Shown here one piece after another: positions 41,339 to 56,296 of a stretch of DNA of 64,000 nucleotides (the first letter of the stretch is position 1; each line of letters begins with the position of its first letter). The translations under genes were made by a program, and so were the position numbers. The stretch is from the human T2T-CHM13v2.0 reference genome, Homo sapiens. The stretch lies in assembly GCF_009914755.1 (NCBI RefSeq), contig NC_060948.1, one strand, 5' to 3'. Below the pieces are notes generated by a model. The model did no database searches. It saw only the letters and a program-made list of their open reading frames with translations, and was not told where the DNA came from.

Positions 41339-41469
41339 ATGACCATAAAAATAGAGTTTGTCAGAGCATTGAGTACTTCCCAGCTATCTTCAATACTTTG
41401 TCATCACAGTTTTTCCTTTGTAGGCAGCATTCACATTGGATAATTTTATTAGCACCTGACTCACCAGGA

Positions 41470-41921
41470 CAACCACTGTCTCTTGCCTACCCACTATCTG
41501 TATCTCCTTTTTTAATAAATAGACCTAAAGCTCACTCAGAACACTGCAATGAGACTGTTTAAACCCATTAATGCCCCTGGGTTCCCTTGCTGCTTTGCAT
41601 GGCTGGGACTGCAAACTCTTTGATATAAAAAGACAAAGATTTACTTGGAAGACCTTCACTCCTTTGCTCTTCTTTTTTTTCAAGACTAGGGATTTTGAAG
41701 CATGGAGTTGTCACGCTATCTTGTAATCACAAGGCTATATAAGACATGAAGCTCAAGCCTGGAGCCTAGGGATATGGTGGCTTCATCCTTAGGAAAGAGG
41801 AGATGAGTCTATATACCTCAGAGTATCATTGAGCCATCACACCAACTCACTGCTCCGTGCTAAAGCTGGAGTAATGTTGCTTTTCTGTTACCTGAATCTG
41901 AATGCAATTTTGTCTGATACA
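41470..41921 (+). mobile_element. Old MLT1 (I/J-like) LTR
   Basis: gctatcttgtaatcacaagg...ttttctgttacctgaatctgaatgcaattttgtctgataca terminus. Confidence 0.5.
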
Positions 41922-42059
41922 TCCTGCCAGCTGCAGGAATTTGCGGACTGTTTTACAACTCAGGACATTGAAATAGCTGACATTTTTCTTTGTGATATTC
42001 AGAAATCATTGAACATTTTGAAGAGATGCATAATGAAAATGGAATTGCCCAGTCACTCC

Positions 42060-42560
42060 AGACTTCTAACATTAGGTGCCAGGTAGGTGGCAGACTCCCT
42101 ATGCAGCTAGGGGAACAGGGAATGGTGAAACATAGATGAAAATTAAGGACTCACATTTGGACATAATGAGTTGTGAGACACACACTTGCAGAAATCAAGG
42201 AGGAAGTGGGAGCTCAGAAAATGGATCTGAGAAGGAGAAGTCAATGCATATATAATCAGCAAGATGATAAGGTTCAGTTGAGATTATCCATGGAGACTCT
42301 GTGAAGAGAGCTGAGAGTACCCACCACACACCCTCAGGAAGTCCAGCACTTAGAAACTGATTAGAGGAGGACCCTGTAGAAAGGAGGATGAGGGGAACAC
42401 TGAGAAGTAGAAGGAAAACTAGAAGAAGTTACCAAGGCCAAGAGAGAAGCATTCTAGGAAGAGATCCCCTTTAGCTCCCATCAAATGAGGCTTAAATGGA
42501 TGTAATAGAAGACGCAGCATAGTATCTATTGAATTTGCCAAGATGGAATTTGTAACATGA
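42060..42560 (-). mobile_element. L2 fragment
   Basis: tttggacataatgagttgtgag...tgggagctcag...agaaggaaaactagaag...tctattgaatttgccaagatgga. Confidence 0.65.
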
Positions 42561-42626
42561 TACAAATGTCTCTGAGGATGATGCTAAGTAGAAAACAGTT
42601 TCAAACATGGCATGATTATTTAAATA

Positions 42627-42628
<2 letters not shown>

Positions 42629-42671
<43 letters not shown>

Positions 42672-42729
42672 TACATATATGTATATGTGTGTGTATATAT
42701 ATATATACACACACATATACATATATGTA

Positions 42730-42782
<53 letters not shown>
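42629..42782. repeat. Palindromic (AT)n/(CA)/(TG) compound microsatellite
   Basis: 42663-42694 is the reverse complement of 42707-42738; flanked by (AT)n arms. Confidence 0.92.
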
Positions 42783-42786
<4 letters not shown>

Positions 42787-43089
42787 GTTTCTAGACTCTG
42801 AGACTAGTATACACCTTCTCTTGGATATATTGGTTTCCAAATGCTGACAGTTAGGTGGTGAGATCTGGGGTGATTCATACCTTCTTTTTAATATATGCTA
42901 TACTTTTTTGTTCTTTTTATACATTTTCAATCATTTCTTGATTAATTATATGAAGTGACAAAAATAGCTAGATAATGTGGAGTCCATTCATGTCTTCATT
43001 TCAAGTAATCCTGTTTTATTGACAGACAATACCCAAAATTTGGGAAATGATCCATTAACTAATGTATTTAACTCAGTCATATAATTTAT

Positions 43090-43587
43090 TCTTTTTTTTA
43101 TTAGAGTCATGATCTCACTAATATTGCTGATATGGTTTGGCTGTGTCCCCACCCAAATGTCATCTTGAATTGTAGCTCCCATAATCTCCACCTGTTACGG
43201 GGGGTACCCAGTGGGAGGTAATCAAATCATGTGGGCAGATCTTTCCCATACTGTTCTTGTGGTAGTGAATAAGTCTTATGAGATCTGATGGTTTTATAAA
43301 TGTCAGTTCCCTGACACAGGCTGTCTTGCCTGCTCCCATATAAGATGTGTCTTACTCCTTCTTTGCCTTCCACCATGATTGTGGAGCCTCTAAAGCTATG
43401 TGGAACTGTGAATACATTAGCCCTCTTTTCCTTGGTAAATTACCCTGTCTCTGGTATTTCTTTATAGCAGTATGAAAATGAACTAACAGATTTGCTCAGA
43501 CTTGTCTCAAACTCCAGAGTTCAAGCAATCCTCCCAATTCTACCTCCCAAAGTGCTGAATTACAGGCATGAGCCATCATGCTCAGCC
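43090..43587 (-). mobile_element. FLAM/Alu monomer split by THE1
   Basis: ttagagtcatgatctcactaatattgc | tcagacttgtctcaaactcc...ctcccaaagtgctgaattacaggcatgagcc. Confidence 0.8.
43128..43490 (+). mobile_element. THE1 (B/C-like) solo LTR
   Basis: tgatatggtttggctgtgtccccacc...aactaacaga; TSD attgc/tttgc. Confidence 0.92.
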
Positions 43588-43999
43588 AGTCACAGAATTT
43601 TTGCAATAATGGGTCTTCTGTTTTTGTCTTGTCCTGACATTTCTAGATTATTGCCTAGAGAGAAATTACTTCATTTTGAACCAGGTGTGCTATAATAAAT
43701 AATGCTATCTAAAAAAAATGGATAACTTTAAACTCCTTTGGATTCATAGATTGTTATAATTCCAACAGTATCACATTCTTTTCCATCTCAAAAACCTGCC
43801 TCATAACAAATGCTCCTTTTGCAGGAATATTAACACAGTATTTTTTTTCATCAAAGAATAACACAAAACAAGAAGGACAGACATGCATGTATGCTTTGGT
43901 ATCCCAGATGAAAATATATATATGGTGTATAGGAGATAATCACAGCATCAAATTGAGAAAATTATGCATCTTTAGTGACTTCACGATTTTAAGATCATA

Positions 44000-44224
44000 G
44001 AGACACATCTGTGGTCAATGAGGCAAAATTGACAGCTGCCTGTTCTTGTGAATAAAGTTTTGTTGAAACACTGCCAGGTTCATTCATTTACATATTGTCT
44101 GTGTCTGCTTTTTCATGATAAAGACAGAGATGAGTGGTTGTAACAGAAACTATGTTGTCTGCAAAGCCTACAATACTTCCTACTTGGTCCTTTACAGGAA
44201 ATAGTTGCAGAACTCTGATTTAGA
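44000..44224. mobile_element. MER58A hAT MITE
   Basis: gctgcctgttcttgtgaataaagttttgttgaaacac...gagtggttgtaacaga...ggtcctttacagga. Confidence 0.8.
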
Positions 44225-44825
44225 GTATCTACTATGTGCAAATAACATAGGAAAAAGAAATCTTTTCGTGTGTTTAAAACTCAGGGCAGTAACAAAATTA
44301 TCAAAAATACTAGAAAAGGTTTCCAGAAGATAGAGAGATAATTTCCAGCAGGGTGACTTCAGAGATTAACAGGAGAAGAATGTAAATGAGGCTTCTTTCT
44401 TAAAGCAAAGTTGTGAAGCAAACATAACCGGAGAACTTGGCCCTTTTCTATTGAGCCAGTGTTTCCTGAAGGAGGTGTTCCATTTTCTTGATGAGAGCTC
44501 CTGAGGGCATGCTCATCTATGACTAATCAAATGCACATCAGTCCACTCAAGGTTCTAAGAAGGTCTGCAGAAATAAATGCAGAAATTCTCAAATGCATAA
44601 GAAGTCATGAAATAGAGGCTGGGGTATGATCTCGTAACTATGCAGAATGAAGCAATATTTTGGGAATAGGAGTGCAATATTCTGGGAGAGTTGGAACTTG
44701 AGAGAAATTCTATGTAGCCAGGAAATGAAGTTCTAGATGGATGGTTGAATGTTGGCAAAAAAAGCAGACCTCAGAAACTATTACATCCAGCTGGCTAAAT
44801 GACCCACTTAAAAAATCAATTATAT

Positions 44826-45050
44826 GGCCAGGCATGGTGGCTCAGGCCTCTAATCCCAGCACTTTTGGGAGGCTGAGGAGGGTGGATCATGAGGTCAGGA
44901 GATCGAGACCATCCTGGCTAACATGGTGAAACCCTGTCTCTACTAAAAATACAAAAAAAATTAGATGGTTGTGGTGGCGGGTACATGTAGTCCCAGCTAC
45001 TCGGGAGGCTGAAGTAGGAGAATGAAAAAAAAAATACAAAAAACAAAAAA
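44826..45050 (+). mobile_element. AluY lacking the last ~85 nt of the right arm but with polyA and TSD
   Basis: Body ends at gaagtaggagaatg (45024), then an A-rich tail; TSD aaaaaatcaat(ta/ag)tat at 44810-44825 and 45045-45060. Confidence 0.9.
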
Positions 45051-45265
45051 TCAATAGTATTCACTTCTTAAAATCTGTGCAACAATGTTGAAATACTTGC
45101 ATTGAAGGAACATATAACAGTAGTTTCTATAGCTGACAGGAAGTCAAATTAGAAAAACTTGACCATGCCTTACACAAATTTCCCTGTCTCTCTTCTCTCT
45201 AGTTACTACCCTGCCTTAAATTCTACCAAAATAATTTGAAGCTGTGAGTTGTTTTTGCATACACA

Positions 45266-45518
45266 TTTTTTTTTTTTTTTTGGATCTTGGATCACTGCAA
45301 TCTCCACTTCCTGAGTTCAATCAATTCTCCTGCCTCAGCCTCCTAAGTAGTTGAGATTACAGGTGAATGCCACCATGCCTGGCTAATTTTTGTAGTTTTA
45401 GTAGAGATGGGGGTTTCACCATGTTGGTCAGGCTGTTCTTGAACTCCTGACTTTGTGATCTGCTAGCTTCATCCTCCCAAAGTTCTGGGATTACAGGCAT
45501 GAACCACCACGCATGGCC
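45266..45518 (-). mobile_element. AluS lacking ~45 nt next to its tail
   Basis: PolyT joins directly to gatcttggatcactgcaa; the gagacggagtc...cagtggc segment is absent. Confidence 0.9.
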
Positions 45519-47024
45519 TGCATAGGTCTTAAACAAATGATTATTGACCTCATACCCAAAGCCAGTTTATAATGAACAAACTTGAGGTAGACTAATTCAA
45601 CTAGGAACACAAAATTGATCCCTGTATAGATAGAAATGATTATTGGAAATTCTGGACAATAAACTAAGATTTGGAGTAAAAATGACAGGTCTAAATATTG
45701 GAAATGGTAAGTAAAAATTAGATTTATTTGCAGATACTCTGACTGCTGTAAAAGCATGATGATCTGTTTTTGAAGATTGATAGAACTGATTTGTTCTAAA
45801 ATATTTTAATACCTTTTGTATATGCCAGATATAAGTAATACAGTAAGAAATAAAAATATTTAAGTGGTCTTAAAGTAATAAAATATGGATTGTAAAATAT
45901 GTTGAGATGTACTCTCTACAGGGGACAAATTTCTATCAGCCCATATACATATACATATATACATATATGGGCTAAATTTCTGCATTAAGAAAAGCAATGT
46001 GTCTTCATTTTGTTTTATTTTTAAATTAAATTTTAAGTTATGGAATACATGTGTAGGATGTGCAGGTTTGTTTCATAGGTAAACATGTGTCATGGTGGTT
46101 TGCTTCAACTGTCCTTCTGTCACCTAGGTATTCAGCCCCATATTCATTAGCGATTTATCTGGATGTTCTCCCTCCCCCAAACCCCTCTGACAGGCACCAT
46201 TGTGTATTGTTCCCCTCTATGTGTCCATGTGTTCTCATTCTTCAACTTCCACTTATAAATGAAAACATGCAGTGTTTAATTTTCTGTTCCTGTGTTAGTT
46301 TGCCAAGGATAATTGATTCCAGCTCCATCCATGTCCCTGCAAAGGACAAGATCTAGTTCCTTGTTATGGCTGCATAGTATTCCATAGTGTATATGTACCA
46401 CATCTTCTTTATCCAGTCTATATTTGATGAGCATTTGGATTGGTTCTATGTCTTTGCTATTATGAAGAATTCTGCAATGAACATACATACATGCATGTAT
46501 CTTTGTAACAGAATAATCTACATTATTTGAGTATATATCCAGTATTGGGACTGCTGCATCAAAAGGTGTTTCTGGTCCTAGGTCTTTCAGGAATCAGCAC
46601 ACTGTCTACCACAATGTTTGAACAAATTTACATTCCCACCAACAGCGTAAAATCATTCCTATTTCTCCACAGCCTTGCCAGCATCTGTTGTTTCTTGAGT
46701 TTTTTTTTTTTTATATCTATATGTATATATGTACTTTAACTTCTAGGGTACATGTACACAACGTGCAGGTTTGTTACATATGTATTCCTGTGTCATGTTG
46801 GTGTGCACCCATTAACTCGTCATTTACATTAGGCATATCTCCTAATGTTATCCCTCCTCACTCCCCCGCACCCCATGACAGGCCCCAGTGTGTGATGTTC
46901 CCCTTCCTGTGTCCAAGAGTTCTCATTGTTCAATTCCCACCTATGAGTGAGAACATGTGGTGTTTGGCTTTTTGTCCTTGCGATAGTTTGCTGAGAATGA
47001 TGGTTTCCAGCTTCATCCATGTCC

Positions 47025-49581
<2,557 letters not shown>

Positions 49582-49644
49582 TATGATGTTAGCTGGTTAT
49601 TTTGCTCGATAGTTGATGCAGTTTCTTCCTAGCATCAATGGTCT

Positions 49645-50654
49645 ATACAATTTGGCATGTTTTTGTGGTGACTGGTACTGGTTTTTCCTTTCCATGTTCA
49701 GTGCTTCCTTCAGGAGCTCTTGTAGGGCAGGACTGGTGGTGAAAAAAATCTCTCAGCATTTGCTTGTCTGTAAGTTTTTTTTTTTTCTCCTTCACTTTTG
49801 AAGCTTAGTTTGGCTGGATATGAAATTCTGGGTTGAAAATCCTTTTCTTTAAGAATGTTGAACATTGGCCACCACTCTCTTCTAGCTTGTAGAGTTTCTG
49901 CCGAGAGATCTGCTGTTAATCTGATGGACTTCCCTTTGTGAGTAACCCGACCTTTCTCTCTTACTGCCCTTAACATTTTTTACTTCATTTCAATTTTGGT
50001 GAATCTGACAATTATGTGTCTTGGAGTTGCTCTTCTCGAGCAGTATGTTTGTGGCATTCTCTGTATTTCCTGACTTTGAATGTTGTCCTGCCTTGTTAGA
50101 TTGGGGAAGTTCTCCTGGATAATATCCTGCAGAGTGTTTTCCAACTTGGTTCCAATCTCCCTGTCACTTTCAGGTACACCAATCAGACATAGATTTGGTC
50201 TTTGCACATAGTCCCACATTTCTTGGAGGCTTTATTCATTTCTTTTTACTCTTTTTTCTCTAAACTTCTCACTTCATTTCATTCATTTGATCTTCAATCA
50301 CTGCTACCCTTTTTTCCAGTTGATCAAATCTGCTACTGAAGTTTGTGCATTTGTCACATAGTTCTTTACCATGGTTTTGAGTTCCATCAGGTCATTTAAG
50401 GACTTCTCTACACTGTTTATTCTAGTTAGCCATTTGTCTCATCTTTTTTCAAGGTTTTTAGCTTCTTTGCAGAGGGTTCAAACTTCCTCTGTTAGCTTGG
50501 AGAAGTTTGATCATCTGAAGCCTTCTATCAACTCGTCAAAGTCATTCTCTGTCCAGCTTTGTTCCATTGCTGGTGAGGAGCTGCATTCCTTTGGAGAGGG
50601 AGAGGCACTCTGATTTTTAGAATTATCAGCTTTTCTGCTATGTTTTTTCTCCAT
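49645..50654 (-). pseudogene. L1 ORF1 remnant, frameshifted
   Basis: ORF pieces MWDYVQRPNL...RATPRHIIVRFTK and IRLTADLSAETLQARREW...FQPRISYPAKLSF. Confidence 0.92.
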
Positions 50655-51684
50655 GTTTATGGTTTTATCTACCTTCGGTCTTTGAGGATGGTGACGTGTG
50701 GCTGGGGTTTTTGTGTGGATGTCCTTTCTGTTTGTTAGTTTTCCTTCTAACAGTCAGGACCCTCAGCTGCAGGTCTGTTGGAGTTTGCTGGAGGTCCACT
50801 CCAGGCCCTGTTTTCCTGGGTAGCAGCAGCGGAGGCTGCAGAACAGCAAATATTTCTGAACAGCAAATGTTCCTGCCTGATCATTCCTCTGGAAGCTTCA
50901 TCTCAGAGGGGTACCCGGCTATGTGAGGTATTAGTCTGCACCTACTGAGGGATGGCCCCCAGTTAGTCTACTTGGGGGTCAGGGAGCCACTTAAGGAGGC
51001 AGTCTGATAGTTCTCAGATCTCAAACTGCATTCTGGGAGAACCAATACTCTCTTCAAATCTGTCAGACAGGGACATTTAAGTCTGCAGATGTTTCTTCTG
51101 CCTTTTATCCGGCTATGCCCTGTCCCCAGAGGTGGAGTCTACAGAGGCAGGCAGGCCCCCTTGAGCTGTGGTGGGCTCCACCAATTTCGAGCTTCCTGGC
51201 CATTTTGTTTACCTACTCAAGCTTCAGCAATGGTGGGCATCCCTCCCCCAGCCTTGCTGCTGCCTTGCGGTTTGATCTCAGACTGCTGTGCTAGCAATGA
51301 GTGAGGCTCTGTGGGCATGGGACCCTCCAAGCCATGTGCAGGATATAATCTCCTGGTGTGCCATTTTCTAAGACTGCTGGAAAACTGCAGTATTAGGGTG
51401 GTAGTGACCCAATTTTCCAGGTGCCATCTGTCACAGCTTCCCTTGGCTAGGAAAGGGAATTCCCTGACCCTTTGTGATTCCCAGGTGAAGTGATGCCTTG
51501 CCCTGATTTAGCTCACACTCGCTGGGCTGCACCCACTGTCCTGCACCCACTGTCTGACAAGGCCCCATGAGATGAACCCAGTACTTCAATTGGAAATGCA
51601 GAAATCACTGGTCTTCTGCGTCACTCATGCTAGGAGCTGTAGATTGGAGCTGTTCCTATTCAGCCATCTTGGAACCACCCTCTC
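50655..51684 (-). promoter_or_regulatory. L1 5'UTR internal promoter region (CpG-decayed), YY1 site retained
   Basis: AAGATGGC YY1 motif (gccatctt on + at 51663-51670) at the canonical position; activity not shown. Confidence 0.5.
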
Positions 51685-52904
51685 TTTCCTGAGTTTTTAA
51701 TGATTGCAATTCTGACTGGCATGAGATGGTATCTCATTGTGGTTTTGATTTTCATTTACCTAATGATCAGTGATGTTGAGCATTTTTTCATGTACTTTTT
51801 GGCCACATAAATGTCTTCTTTTGAGAACTGTCTGTTCATGTCCTTTAATCAAATTTTAATGCAGTTGTTTGTTTTCTTCTCGTGAATTTGATTAAGTTTC
51901 TTGTAGATTCTGGATATAAGATCTTTGTCAGATGAATAGGTTGCAAAAGTTTTCTCCCATTACATAGGTTGTCTGTTCAATCTGATAATAGTTTCTTTTG
52001 TTGTGAAGAAGCTCTTTAGTTTAATTACATCCCATTTGGTCAATGTTTGCTTGGGTTGCAATTGCTTTTGAGGTTTTTATCATAAAATATTTGCCCATGC
52101 CTATGTCTTAAACAGTATTGCCTAGCTTTTTATAGTTTTGGGCTTTACATTGAGGTCTTTAATCCATCTTGATTTGATTTTTGCATAAGATATAAGGAAG
52201 CAGTCTAGTTTCAATCTTCTGCATATGACTAGTCAGTTTTCCCAGCACCATTTGCTTGTTTTTGTCAGGTTGGTTTAAAATCAATTGGTTGTAAATGTTT
52301 TGTCTTATTTCTGAGATCTCTATTCTGTTCCACTGGTCTATAAATTACTTTGGGCTGTATGACCATTACCATGATATTGATTCGTCCTACCTATGGGCAT
52401 GAAATATTTATGTCCTTTCTGATTTCCTTGTAGTTCTCCTTGAAGAGGTCCTTCACTTCCCTTGGTAGCTGTATTTCTAGATATTTTACTATTTTCTTAG
52501 CAATTGTGAATGGGAGTTCATTCATGATTTGGCTCTCTTCCTGTCTATTTTTGGTGTGTAGAAATGCTAGTCATTTTTGCACACTGATTTTGTATCCTGA
52601 GAATTTGCTGAAGTTTCTTATCAGCTTAAGAAGCTTTTTGCCTGAGACAGTGGAGTTTTCTAGATATGGGATCATGTCCTCTTCAAACAGAGACAATTTT
52701 ACCTCCTCTCTTCCTGTTTGAATAGCCTTTTTTTTTTTCTCTTGCCTGATTGACCTGGACAGAACTTCCAATACTATGTTGAATACAAGTGGCGAGGGAA
52801 GGTGTCCTTTTCTATGACATTAATAGACTAGATCGTCTTCCCCTCTGAGTCTATAGGCCAGCTAAAATATGAATATAAATAAATAATATAACAATAAATA
52901 AATA

Positions 52905-53111
52905 TTCTATATATAACACACACACGCGTGTGCACACACACACATATATATGCATATGTATATATATGTACATGTGTATATATATGTACATATATATGTA
53001 CATATATATATGTACATATATATGTACATATATATATGTACATATATATATATCTATGTACATATATATATATATGTAGAGAGAGAGAGATTGAGAGAGA
53101 GAGAGAGAGAG
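52905..53111. repeat. Compound (TA)/(TGTACA(TA)n)/(GA)n microsatellite
   Basis: Direct inspection. Confidence 0.95.
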
Positions 53112-53653
53112 ACAGCCATGGGGAACTATTAAGTTTTTGTGTGGGGAAATGACATGATCCGATTTTTGTTTCAGAAAATTCTCTCTGACTCTTTAGAAAA
53201 AACTCTGACTGCAGAGACTAGAACACATTATAGCTGATGTGTCCTAGAGCCAGAAAGGCCAAAAAGGAGGAAGTGTTTGCTGTAAAGAGGAAAATTTTTT
53301 AAAAATTCTACATCCTAATTCTGAAAAATGAGGACATATGTTTTTAGTTAAATCCCTCTGATGTCCTAGGAGCCTTAAAAAGTTCAAGGAACATCTAGGA
53401 TGGCTATGGGCTCCTAGGAAATGTTCTTTCTCGATGATCTTTATATATGGAAATACATGTTTCCTTCTGCAAGTTCATGAGGGAGGCTCTATGCCAGTCT
53501 AGGGCATGTCTACGTGACTCCCAGAAGCAAGTGGTAGAACGACCCTCATTTTGAGTTCTGAAATTCCTGCTCTTGCAATCAGTGCTCGACTCAGAGGCCA
53601 GGGTATTTCTCTAAAAATATAAACCATAGCATGCTCTCTGCTGCTAAGCCTAT

Positions 53654-54471
53654 TGATGTTTGACCAGGTCCTTGCCCACTCACTGCCTGGACAAAGGTGA
53701 ACGTTGAGACAGAGGTAAAGTAAGAATTCAATTACTGCAGGCAACTGAGCAAGGAAGAAAGGAGATATTTCTCAAAGCCACCTCCTTGAAACTTCAGAGG
53801 CTGGGGTTTTTAAGTTGATTTGGCAAGCAGAGGTATGAGGAGGAGGGTGCTGCTGATTGGTCTGAGATGAATTCAGAGGGGTGTTGACTGTCTTTATGCA
53901 CTGAATCAATTCCTGGGAAGAGAGGAAGTCACAACACTAGTCAGTTCCTTGGTTGGGTTTACAGGCCACTGGTCTGGTTGATGTCAGTTGACCAATTTGC
54001 AAGACAGGTCTAAAAATATCTCAAAGGCCAGTTTTAGGTTTACAATACCTCTTGTTACTGCAAGTTACTGTGGAAGGCAAGCTGGGAAACAGTGACAGGT
54101 TATCGTTCACTCTGCCTGGAATATAGCAGAAAAGTTTTCAGGGGTGATAGTTCCAGTAATCAAAGCTGCCTGAGACCCCTTTGGCAAGCTAAAATTCTGG
54201 AAGCTATTAAATAGTTCTGCAAGATCTAAGAATCATTGTTCTTTAAAACAAAACAAAAAAAAATGTCCATTAATCTTGCAAGCAGCCTGCCCAGGGGCTA
54301 GGACAGCAAGACAATCAATTATTGGTGACTACCATTTATTAAATTACTATGAACAATCAATCATACATGGAGGAGGAAAATATCAGAGAGAAAGGAAAAT
54401 ATGTTGCTGAAAATCATGCACCTACCATAATTTTAATTTTGTGGTCTTTTAATTCCGTGAAGGCAGTTTCA
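53654..54471 (-). mobile_element. ERV1 MER4-group solo LTR (LTR8/LTR26/MER66-like, subfamily uncertain)
   Basis: Minus strand starts tgaaactgcctt; motifs cagaggctggggtttttaag, tgctgattgg, aaaatatctcaaaggccagttttaggttt. Confidence 0.6.
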
Positions 54472-54778
54472 GACCTCTCCAACAATGTGCAGCTATTTGT
54501 AAAATACAATGGAAACACTTAGCCCTGGTTTATGTAACTCTATTTTTTGACCTGATTGTCTTATCCTTTACACTGTCTTTGTCCACTATAAAAGCTGACT
54601 TCAGAAACTTCATGGAAATGTTTTGTTATGAAAAAATTATGCATGGATTTACATTTTTGTTGTTTTTTTCACAAAGATAAACTCTTACTAGCTTGTAATA
54701 ACATGTGTGAACAGAGTCAAGTTTGAGGCTTTAAGAAAGACAAGACATCAGTTTGAAAAGAGCCCCTATCAGAACAAT

Positions 54779-56296
54779 ATGCATTCCACTACAATTAAAG
54801 AAAGAACAAACATCAAATTTATGGTGAGGTTTGGGTGGAAGAAGGGTGAAATCATGGATGTTTTATGAAAGATTTATCAGGAAAATGCAGCAAAGAAACC
54901 AGCAGTTTACAAATGGACAACTCATTTTAAGAAGGGATAAGATAATGTTGAAGATAAAGCTTGCAGTGTAAGATCATCCACATAAATTTGAAAGGAAACA
55001 TTAATCTTGAATGTGCCCTAATTAAAAAGGACCCGATGATTAAAAACAGAAACAATAGCCAACACCATAGACATCTCAACTGACTCAGCTTACACAATTC
55101 TAACTGAAAAATTAAAGTTGAGCAAACTTTCCAGAAGATGGGTGCCAAAATTGTTGCATATGGATCAGCTGAAGACAAGAGCAGAGCTTTCCATGGAAAT
55201 TTTAAACATGTGACATTAAGTTTCTGAAGCATTTGTCTGAAGAATCATTACAGGAGAGAAAACATAGCTTTACTAGTACCATCCTGAAGGCAAAACACAA
55301 TCAGAGCAATGGCTATGAAGAGATGGAAAGGGTTCCATCAACGCAAAAATGGATGAGACAAGAACAAAGATCGTGGCAACAGTTTTTTTGAATGATCAAG
55401 GCATTTTACTTGTAGACATTTTGGAAGGACAAAGGACAATAACATCTGCTTATTATGGAAGTATTTGAGAAAATTAGCCAAAGATTTAGCAGAAAGATGC
55501 CCAAGAAAACTTCACCAGAGAGCCCTCCTCCACCACTGCAATGCTTCTATACAGAGCTCAGTCCTGCAGACCCTGACTCAGTGATGAATGAATAATGTAC
55601 ACCCATACAGATATTATGCCTGTCAGTCTGGCTGAGGGTCCAGGCTACTTACAGACTGCAAGGCGTGTGCTGTCAGCCATAGACCCCGACTTGCTGGCCT
55701 TCTGACATTTATTCAGTACACATTAAATGATGAAAGTCTCCAGTAAATACCATTAGAGGGTAATCATCCTGACCACCTTACTCACCCCTCGCTCCAAGAT
55801 TGCTATCCTGCCCACAAGTGATCAAAGGTTAGTTTTAGAACCACATGAGTAACAAGCTATTTAGATAAACTACTCTATATTCCTATGTTTATTCCCCTTG
55901 CTGTAGCTCAAAGAGGATTAGGCTGCCCTCAGCCATAACTATCGTGAAGCTTTTGCAAAACCTTTTGGCCTTCTAAGAAGGTTTGTGTTTTAATTTATAG
56001 TTTTCCCCATCATTCTGACTGAACCCCTACACTTCTACTCATTCCTCTCATGAAACGAGGGAAATTCTGTAAGAGTTTCAATGAGAAATAATTAGGCATC
56101 CATCTTACCATCTGATCTGGTTCCTTTTGACTTCTATTTTGTCAAAGGACACCGATTTTTCTTCAGTTAATTATGTAAAAAATATGACATTGACATGGGC
56201 AAATTCCAAGGGTCTCAGTTCCTTAGGGATGAACTAAAATGGCTGATATTATCACTTACAGAACTTGAACTTGATGGAGATTAAGTTGAGAAATAA
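54779..56296 (+). pseudogene. Hsmar2 mariner transposase pseudogene
   Basis: RTNIKFMVRFGWKKGEI N-terminus, WVPK motif (55139), degenerate TGDETW (~55251) and YSPDLAP (~56105); many stops and frameshifts plus an LTR insertion. Confidence 0.88.
55550..56031 (-). mobile_element. LTR22-family solo LTR (HERV-K22/HML-5)
   Basis: Minus strand starts tgtaggggttcagtcagaatgatgggg; perfect 6-bp TSD cttcta at 55544-55549 and 56032-56037. Confidence 0.85.
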
